From contig JAIETW010000001.1 of NCBI GenBank assembly GCA_019744845.1, positions 418,859 through 482,858 on the forward strand: 64,000 nt of DNA. The letters run 5' to 3'. Below the pieces are notes generated by a model that worked only from the letters and a program-made list of their open reading frames with translations, searched no databases and was not told where the DNA came from. A program made the position numbers and the translations under genes. The DNA comes from Patescibacteria group bacterium (GTDB taxonomy: Bacteria > Patescibacteriota > Minisyncoccia > Phycocordibacterales > Phycocordibacteraceae). The stretch's first letter is position 1. Each line of letters begins with the position of its first letter. Shown here one piece after another: positions 57,513 to 64,000 of the stretch.

Positions 57513-58649
57513 ATGCGCTCACTTTCTGATATCCAAAACCTTAACGGGGTACGGGTGCTTGTACGTGCCGCACTGAATGTGCCGGTTGCCGGCGGAAAAG
57601 TCGTAAACACCTTCCGTCTTCGCGGCGCACTTCCCACGATCAACTACCTGCGCGAGAAAGGGGCGAAGGTTATTTTGATGAGCCATATCAGTCACAAGGA
57701 GACTCCTTCACTCGCCCCTATGTGGGAAGCGATGAAAGAATTTATTCCTAACGTACAATTTGTCGCTGACATTGTGGGAGACGAGGCACGCAATGCGGTT
57801 GCTGCGCTCGCTCCTGGTGACGTACTCATTCTTGAGAATCTCCGACAAGACGCTCGTGAAGAAGGGAACGATGAAGAATTTGCACGTGAGCTTGCAAGTC
57901 TTGGTGAGATTTTTGTCCAGGATACCTTTGACGTATGCCATCGTGAGCACGCGTCTATCGTCGGTATTCCAAAGTTTCTTCCATCCTATGCAGGTCTCCT
58001 CGTAGAAAAAGAAGTGGCAGAACTCTCCCGTGCACTTGCGCCCGTTGCTCCTTCGCTTGCGGTCGTCGGTGGTGCAAAGTTTTCTACCAAAGAACCGGTG
58101 TTGAAAAAGCTCCTTACCGCATACGATCGCGTGTTTGTGGGTGGTGCACTCGCCAACGATTTCCTGAAGCTCGCAGGAAATCCAGTCGGCGTCTCTCTCG
58201 TATCGGGAGAACACGAAGAAGACATTAAAGAACTTTTGAAAAATGATCGCCTCGTCATTCCTGTAGATGCGATTGTCGCACCGAAGGGAGGAAGCCGCGC
58301 TGAAGGTCGCGTCGCAGAACTTGGTGACGTAAAAGACGATGAAGCAATTCTTGATATCGGTCCAAAGACCGTAGAAATGCTGGCGGAAATTGCACAGAAT
58401 TCAAAGTCTGTCCTTTGGAATGGCCCACTTGGAAACTACGAGAATGGGTTTACTGACGGCACCGAAGGCGTGGCACGCGCTATCGCGGGAAGCGGGGCAC
58501 ACTCAGTCGTCGGCGGAGGAGACACCATCGCTGCCATTGAACATCTCGGCATCGGCGAGCAGTTCTCCTTTATCTCTACCGGAGGAGGCGCCATGCTTGA
58601 TTTCCTTGCTGAAGGAACGCTCCCTGGCATTGAAGCCCTCAATTCATAA
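57513..58649 (+). CDS. pgk: Phosphoglycerate kinase
   Basis: LENLR, GGAK, DIGPKT, WNGPLG, GGGDT, STGGGA. Confidence 0.93.
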   Translation: MRSLSDIQNLNGVRVLVRAALNVPVAGGKVVNTFRLRGALPTINYLREKGAKVILMSHISHKETPSLAPMWEAMKEFIPNVQFVADIVGDEARNAVAALAPGDVLILENLRQDAREEGNDEEFARELASLGEIFVQDTFDVCHREHASIVGIPKFLPSYAGLLVEKEVAELSRALAPVAPSLAVVGGAKFSTKEPVLKKLLTAYDRVFVGGALANDFLKLAGNPVGVSLVSGEHEEDIKELLKNDRLVIPVDAIVAPKGGSRAEGRVAELGDVKDDEAILDIGPKTVEMLAEIAQNSKSVLWNGPLGNYENGFTDGTEGVARAIAGSGAHSVVGGGDTIAAIEHLGIGEQFSFISTGGGAMLDFLAEGTLPGIEALNS

Positions 58650-58673
58650 TCGTTTTGGTACACTAGGGCTCAC

Positions 58674-60383
58674 ATGTTTTCTCTCCGTGAGCCCCTCGAT
58701 ACTGCAGTTCGTGATGTATTAAAGGAATACGACGATCTATCGGCCCTCCTCCTTGCAGGAAGGGGTATTTCTTCTGCGGATGAAGCGCAGGTCTTTCTCT
58801 CTCCGTCCTACGACGAGCACATTCACGATCCAATGCTGATCAAGAACATGCCGAAGGCGGCAGAGCGTCTTGCGCGCGCCATAGAAACAAAAGAAAAGAT
58901 TGCCGTATGGAGTGACTACGACTGCGATGGTATTCCGGGCGGAGTGTTGCTCCACGATTTTTTGAAGAAGGCCAAGGCAAATTTCGTAAACTACATTCCG
59001 CACCGACACGACGAGGGATATGGGGTAAACAAAGCGGGGCTGGAGAAACTCTTCAAGCAAGGAGTTTCACTCGTCGTGACCGTAGATTCAGGGATTGTAG
59101 ACAATGAATCCGTTGCGTATGGAAATTCTCTTGGATTAGAGATCATAGTGACCGACCACCACGAACCACAAGAAGAACTTCCTCCTGCCTTTGCGGTTAT
59201 TGATCCGAAGCAGGAAGGAGAGACGTATCCGTTTCGTGAGCTTTGTGGCGCAGGACTCGCGTGGAAACTCGCCTGTGCGACACTCCAACATGGATGGAAA
59301 GGACGAGAAGAGATTCCTCCTGGTTGGGAGAAGTGGCTACTTGATATGGCAGGACTCGCCACGATTGCGGATATGGTTCCGCTCGTTGGAGAGAATCGTG
59401 TAATCGCACACTACGGGCTTCTCGTCATGCGTAAGTCTCCTCGTTTGGGGCTTCAGAAGCTGTGTCGTGTGGCACGAGTGAATCAGCGCAGTATTACCGA
59501 AGACGATGTCGGTTTCATGATCGCGCCTCGTATTAATGCGGCGTCTCGTATGGGAGATCCTATGGATGCCTTCCGTTTGTTTACGACAGAAGATGAAGTA
59601 GAGGCAGATACCCTCGCAAAGTTTCTAGAAAAAACAAATCGTAGCCGTCGTGCACTTGTCGGAAGTGTGACGCGCGTCGTGCACGAACGTCTCTCTGAGC
59701 GGGAAACGATTCCTGACGTTATCGTGATGGGAGACCCTGAGTGGCGCCCCGGACTTCTCGGACTTGTCGCCAACAGTCTTGCCGAAGAATATAGCCGCCC
59801 TGTCTTTTTGTGGGGTAAAGAGGGTTCGGGAATTATCAAGGGCTCCTGCCGTGCCGGACGAAAGAGCGTGAACGTGGTGGACCTTATGGCAGCCGCAGGA
59901 GATGCGCTCATTCAATTTGGTGGGCACTCTCAGTCAGGAGGGTTTTCTGTCCGTAACGACGCCGTGTTCTTCCTTGAAGAAAAACTGTGTGCAGCGCTTG
60001 CAGAGGTAGAAGCAAAGGCGGAGCATGCGCTCGTCCTTGCTGATGCAGAACTTGCGCCAGATCACGCCACGCATGATCTCCTTCGTCGTCTTGAACGGTT
60101 TGCGCCATTTGGAATGGGAAACCCAAAACCAGTGTTTGTATTTCGTAATGTGGAGATAGAGAGTGTGTCGTGGTTCGGAAAGGCAAATGAACATTTGAAA
60201 GTACGAATCGTACGAGAGTTCGGTACACCACTTGAAGGCGTATGTTTCTATGCGAAACGAGAGCTTGGGGTCGGGCATGAGTTTCTTGCGTCTGGCATGA
60301 AAGCGCAGGTGCTCGGCTCCCTTGAGTGTGATCAGTTTTCTCGCGGACGTCCGGTGCGTATTCGTCTCATTTCTATCGTATAG
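58674..60383 (+). CDS. recJ: ssDNA exonuclease RecJ
   Basis: DYDCDG, VTDHH, TIADMV, PRINAASR, GGH, PFGMGNP. Confidence 0.93.
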   Translation: MFSLREPLDTAVRDVLKEYDDLSALLLAGRGISSADEAQVFLSPSYDEHIHDPMLIKNMPKAAERLARAIETKEKIAVWSDYDCDGIPGGVLLHDFLKKAKANFVNYIPHRHDEGYGVNKAGLEKLFKQGVSLVVTVDSGIVDNESVAYGNSLGLEIIVTDHHEPQEELPPAFAVIDPKQEGETYPFRELCGAGLAWKLACATLQHGWKGREEIPPGWEKWLLDMAGLATIADMVPLVGENRVIAHYGLLVMRKSPRLGLQKLCRVARVNQRSITEDDVGFMIAPRINAASRMGDPMDAFRLFTTEDEVEADTLAKFLEKTNRSRRALVGSVTRVVHERLSERETIPDVIVMGDPEWRPGLLGLVANSLAEEYSRPVFLWGKEGSGIIKGSCRAGRKSVNVVDLMAAAGDALIQFGGHSQSGGFSVRNDAVFFLEEKLCAALAEVEAKAEHALVLADAELAPDHATHDLLRRLERFAPFGMGNPKPVFVFRNVEIESVSWFGKANEHLKVRIVREFGTPLEGVCFYAKRELGVGHEFLASGMKAQVLGSLECDQFSRGRPVRIRLISIV

Positions 60384-60403
60384 CCCCGTGCTACACTCCG
60401 CGC

Positions 60404-60814
60404 ATGAAGTACATCGTGTACGCAGATGGAGGAGCACGTGGGAATCCTGGTCCTGCAGGCGCAGGCGCGATCGTGCGTAACGAAACAGGGGACACCGTCC
60501 TTACCGTCTCAGAGTTTCTCGGACACACCACCAATAACGTCGCAGAATACACCGCGGTTCTTCGTGCCCTTCAGGGTATTCGCGACATTGCAGGGTCGGA
60601 GAGTGCAGAAGTATTGGTAAATATGGATAGCGAGTTGGTAGTGAAGCAGATGAAAGGGGAGTACAAAATCAAGCACCCGAATCTAAAACCCCTTGCAGAA
60701 GAAGTGAAGAAGTTACTCCCGCACTACGCACACGTTTCATTCACGCATGTACGTCGTGAACAAAACAAGGACGCAGATGCCCTTGCAAACGCCGCAATGG
60801 ATCGCGGTGTGTGA
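60404..60814 (+). CDS. rnhA: Ribonuclease HI family protein
   Basis: DGGARGNPGPAG, TNNVAEY, DSELVV, NKDADALAN. Confidence 0.9.
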   Translation: MKYIVYADGGARGNPGPAGAGAIVRNETGDTVLTVSEFLGHTTNNVAEYTAVLRALQGIRDIAGSESAEVLVNMDSELVVKQMKGEYKIKHPNLKPLAEEVKKLLPHYAHVSFTHVRREQNKDADALANAAMDRGV

Positions 60815-60820
60815 TGTCCT

Positions 60821-62311
60821 ATGCTGTCCCGCGTCTTTCTCGTCGGCGCACTTAGTTTTCCTCTCGGTATTCTTCTTGGTTCACTTACGACCCCTTCTAT
60901 CGGGTGGCTGCTCGGCCTCCTCGGTCTTGCGACTCTTTTGTTCGCCGCATTCACGCGCACGATCTATGTATATATAGGAGTGGCACTCCTCCTGTGTGCG
61001 CTTGGTCTCATCCGTACTTCCTACGCACCCACTACTCTTCCATCGGAATTCGTACCACTTCTTAGTACACAGGTGTCACTTGAGGGGCGGATCGTTGCGG
61101 ATCCCGATCAGCGAGAAACACACCAAAGAGTGACGATTGAAGTGAATCGTGATGACGTGCACACCAGAGTACTCGCTGTTGCTCCTTTGTATCCTAGCCT
61201 CCGATATGGAGAGGGTGTCACCGTACAAGGGAAGATGGTTTTGCCCGAACCGTTCGCCACTGATGGAGGGCGTGTCTTTAGATACGATCAGTTTCTCGCA
61301 AAAGACGGTGTCTTTGCCGTAATAGAGCGCGCATCAGTAGAAGTGACGGCGCCACGAGATACGCCCTACACGCATGTCCGCGGCGCGCTCTCTGATGTGA
61401 AAAGTTCTTTTCTTGCGTGGCTTACAGTCGCGCTTCCCGAACCGCACGCGTCCCTGGCAGGTGGCCTCATCGCAGGAGGGAAGCAGGGGCTCGGCACTAC
61501 GCTCCTGGATATGTTTATTGTGACCGGCCTTATTCACATCGTCGTGTTGTCGGGATACAACGTAATGATTGTCGCGGAAGGAGTGCTGCGCGCGTTATCA
61601 GTATTCCCACGTCGTATTGCCGTTTGGGCCGCAGGAGTTACGCTCGCTGCCTTCGTACTTGCTGCAGGAGCAGGGCCCGCAAGTATTCGCGCAGGACTCA
61701 TGGCAGGCATCGCCCTTTTTGCACGCGCGACGTACCGAACCTACGATGCGCTTCGTGCACTGGTGCTTGCGGGAGTTGTGATGTTGCTATGGAATCCACT
61801 CTTGCTCCTTCACGACCCTGGATTCCAACTTTCCTTTATTGCAACCGTGGGCCTTATCGTCGGTACACCTATTCTCACTCCCATGCTTGAGGGTATTCGT
61901 AGCATCTTTCTTCGCGACATCGTGTCCGCAACTCTTGCTGCGCAGATTGCTGTGCTTCCACTCCTCCTCTATCAAAACGGACTATTCTCAGTCGTTGCGC
62001 TTCCTGCAAATATTTTGGTATTGCCGATCGTGCCACTCGCAATGGCGGCGGGCGCACTGGCAGGACTTGGTGGAGCGCTGGTTCCTGCACTCGCGCCTCT
62101 CTTTGGTATCCCGGCGTACTTCCTCCTCTCCTATATCATTGTGATCGTAGAGTACGCCTCCGCACTTCCATTTGCCGCGTTCTCTATCTCCGCATTTCCT
62201 TTTATATACACGCTTATAGCGTATGTAGGGCTTGGGTACCTCATATGGAAGTACCGCGACCGTATTACTGGGTCGCCTTCATCATCCGTGCATCAACAAC
62301 TGTCCAGTTAA
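60821..62311 (+). CDS. comEC: ComEC competence channel (DUF4131 + Competence domains)
   Basis: GLIHIVVLSGYNV, ASIRAGLM, GFQLSF. Confidence 0.9.
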   Translation: MLSRVFLVGALSFPLGILLGSLTTPSIGWLLGLLGLATLLFAAFTRTIYVYIGVALLLCALGLIRTSYAPTTLPSEFVPLLSTQVSLEGRIVADPDQRETHQRVTIEVNRDDVHTRVLAVAPLYPSLRYGEGVTVQGKMVLPEPFATDGGRVFRYDQFLAKDGVFAVIERASVEVTAPRDTPYTHVRGALSDVKSSFLAWLTVALPEPHASLAGGLIAGGKQGLGTTLLDMFIVTGLIHIVVLSGYNVMIVAEGVLRALSVFPRRIAVWAAGVTLAAFVLAAGAGPASIRAGLMAGIALFARATYRTYDALRALVLAGVVMLLWNPLLLLHDPGFQLSFIATVGLIVGTPILTPMLEGIRSIFLRDIVSATLAAQIAVLPLLLYQNGLFSVVALPANILVLPIVPLAMAAGALAGLGGALVPALAPLFGIPAYFLLSYIIVIVEYASALPFAAFSISAFPFIYTLIAYVGLGYLIWKYRDRITGSPSSSVHQQLSS

Positions 62312-62861
62312 CATTTTCTAGAAAGGCTTCTACATAGGTTTTCTTTTCCGCAGGCACATAGTCCACCATGTAGGCGTGCTCCCAGAGATCAAGTGCAAGA
62401 ATGATGGGGAGGCCAGAGAGCTGTCCGAGTTCGTGATCATTTACAAACGCGGTGTGCAGGGTACCCGCGACTGAATCAAAGTACACCACCACCCATCCGA
62501 TACCGCGGGTACCTGCGACTTCTTTAACGTGCGCGATGAACCCCTCCCAACTTCCATAGCGGCTTGCGGCAAGCGTGCGAAGAGAACCTTCTGCGTCAGC
62601 GACCTGAGGTCCACCTTCAAATTGCTCAAAGTAATACTCGTGCATGCGCATACCATCAAACTCAAATCCAAGACGACGACGAAGTTCGTTGATGGTAAAC
62701 GCGTTCTTTTCTGCGTCTTCGCTCCTCAAGCGGGCAACCGTATCAAGAATAAGGTTCACGTGTGTCACGTACCCCGCGTAGAGAGCGAGGTGTACGTCTA
62801 TCTGCTTTTTGGAAAGGCCGGTGAGCTCAGGTAGGTCAAACGTGCGTGCGGTGTAGGTCAT
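62265..62861 (-). CDS. sod: Fe/Mn superoxide dismutase family protein
   Basis: HLALYAGYV, MHEYYF, GIGW, DLWEHAY. Confidence 0.88.
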   Translation of the reverse strand: MTYTARTFDLPELTGLSKKQIDVHLALYAGYVTHVNLILDTVARLRSEDAEKNAFTINELRRRLGFEFDGMRMHEYYFEQFEGGPQVADAEGSLRTLAASRYGSWEGFIAHVKEVAGTRGIGWVVVYFDSVAGTLHTAFVNDHELGQLSGLPIILALDLWEHAYMVDYVPAEKKTYVEAFLENVNWTVVDARMMKATQ

Positions 62862-62912
62862 ATACCCCAAGTATATAACTTCTTTTGATGAGGAGAGAAT
62901 GAGTATGATGGG

Positions 62913-63758
62913 GTGATGCTGAGCCGTCGCACCATTGCCTGGTACACCGTACTTATACTCCTCGGTGTCACTATTCTCTTTGGCATACTCCTGCTCCAAG
63001 AAGGGAAGCTCCACATATCCTTCCTAAACGTCGGACAGGGAGACGCTATCCTTATCTCAGGTCCAACAGGAATAGAAGTACTTGTAGATGGGGGACGAGA
63101 TAGGTCAGTCGTGCGAGAACTCCCGAAGAAAATGGGGGTGCTTGATAGAACCTTGTCTGCAGTGGTCGCCACGCACCCTGATGCAGATCATGTGGGCGGG
63201 CTTTCTGATGTGTTTGAACGATACCGCGTTTCCTATTACCTAGAGCCGGGGATTGTGCACGATACCGATGTCACGGAACGACTTGCCGCAGCAATTGAAC
63301 AAGAGGCAGGTCTATCTATTGTTACTGCAAGAGCAGGGCAGCGCCTCCATCTTGGTGGTGGAGCCTATGCAGACATTCTGTATCCTGATCGCGACGTTTC
63401 TCGTCTGGAACCAAACTCGGGCTCTGTCGCTATGCGGATCGTGTACGGGGACACTTCGTTTCTTTTAACTGGAGACGCGCCCTCTTCGGTAGAAGGAATG
63501 TTGATAAGTCGTTCCTCAATAAAAAGTGACGTATTGAAAGCGGGGCACCACGGATCACGCACCTCAACCAGCGCTGCATTTCTCGCCGCCGTTTCTCCGT
63601 CAGTAGTGGTGGTATCAGCAGGGAAGGACAACACGTACGGACACCCTCATCAGGATGTGTTGGACCGCATTACGAGCTCGGGAGCAGAAATCCTTTCCAC
63701 CGCCGAAGATGGGACTATTGAATTTGTGAGTGACGGGGAAGAGATCCGCCAGAAATGA
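62913..63758 (+). CDS. ComEC/Rec2-type metallo-beta-lactamase domain protein
   Basis: NVGQGDA, THPDADHVGG, LTGD, GHHGS, YGHPH. Confidence 0.9.
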   Translation: MMLSRRTIAWYTVLILLGVTILFGILLLQEGKLHISFLNVGQGDAILISGPTGIEVLVDGGRDRSVVRELPKKMGVLDRTLSAVVATHPDADHVGGLSDVFERYRVSYYLEPGIVHDTDVTERLAAAIEQEAGLSIVTARAGQRLHLGGGAYADILYPDRDVSRLEPNSGSVAMRIVYGDTSFLLTGDAPSSVEGMLISRSSIKSDVLKAGHHGSRTSTSAAFLAAVSPSVVVVSAGKDNTYGHPHQDVLDRITSSGAEILSTAEDGTIEFVSDGEEIRQK

Positions 63759-63779
63759 AAAACGCCCCGAGGGGCGTTT
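63759..63779. terminator. Bidirectional terminator
   Basis: AAACGCCCC-GA-GGGGCGTTT. Confidence 0.75.
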
Positions 63780-63780
63780 G

Positions 63781-64000
63781 TTACTTCTTGATCACTCCTG
63801 CCTTCTTGAGAGTGGCGTAGGCGCCGTTCTTCTTGATGTGGCGAAGGCCCTTTACGGAAATGTCTACAAGGACGGACTTTCCGAGCTCAGCGACGTAGAT
63901 ACGGCGCTTCTGGAGGTTCGCCTTGCGGCGTACCTTTCCGGTAGGGTTGAACTGGGTTGCACGGGTACGGTTAGAGTACCGTCCGCCGATCTGCGTGCTC
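63781..64000 (-). CDS. rpmB: 50S ribosomal protein L28 (5' end outside the window)
   Basis: Manual translation …GGRYSNRTRATQFNPTGKVRRKANLQKRRIYVAELGKSVLVDISVKGLRHIKKNG…KK*. Confidence 0.88.
   Translation of the reverse strand, partial: STQIGGRYSNRTRATQFNPTGKVRRKANLQKRRIYVAELGKSVLVDISVKGLRHIKKNGAYATLKKAGVIKK

Noticed and set aside
62862-63014. N-terminal extension of SOD in the ORF track (similar extensions for HU, S15, SOUL, NUDIX and ClpP)
   Set aside because: They overlap neighbouring genes or promoters; downstream ATGs match the family N-termini and mostly have a -10 box or a coupled upstream stop.

Overview
Chromosomal segment of a small-genome bacterium. Gene content and style point to Patescibacteria/CPR (Parcubacteria-like; this is an inference): PrgI/VirB6/VirB4-like cluster, split ComEC, type IV pilin cluster, TrmB-family regulators, and near-universal leaderless starts. 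It carries about 60 CDS, including rsmA, pcrA/uvrD, rpsO, a Xer recombinase, xth, a CCA-type nucleotidyltransferase, lysA, rarA, HU, rny, clpP, ppa, nusA, pilB/pilC, livKHMGF, tpiA, pgk, recJ, rnhA, comEC, sod and rpmB, plus four tRNAs. No CRISPR array, IS, prophage or reverse transcriptase was seen. The most unusual zone is about 23-28 kb. It holds four parS-consensus palindromes, an unexplained tandem motif TAAAGGACA-(T)-AWAGGACA at three loci (two of them wrapped around promoters next to DnaA-box-like 9-mers), a strongly structured putative ncRNA between convergent xth and cca, and local CpG depletion. Other highlights are three TrmB/substrate-binding-protein divergons serving one ABC transporter with a shared TGTC-N10-GACA-like site, a ~1840-aa surface adhesin split by a frameshift inside a DUF4114 motif and preceded by a rod-like leader, a dif-like half-site over the xer promoter, a 6S-like hairpin upstream of rny, and strong TCGA avoidance. 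All calls are from motif recognition by eye; no searches were run.
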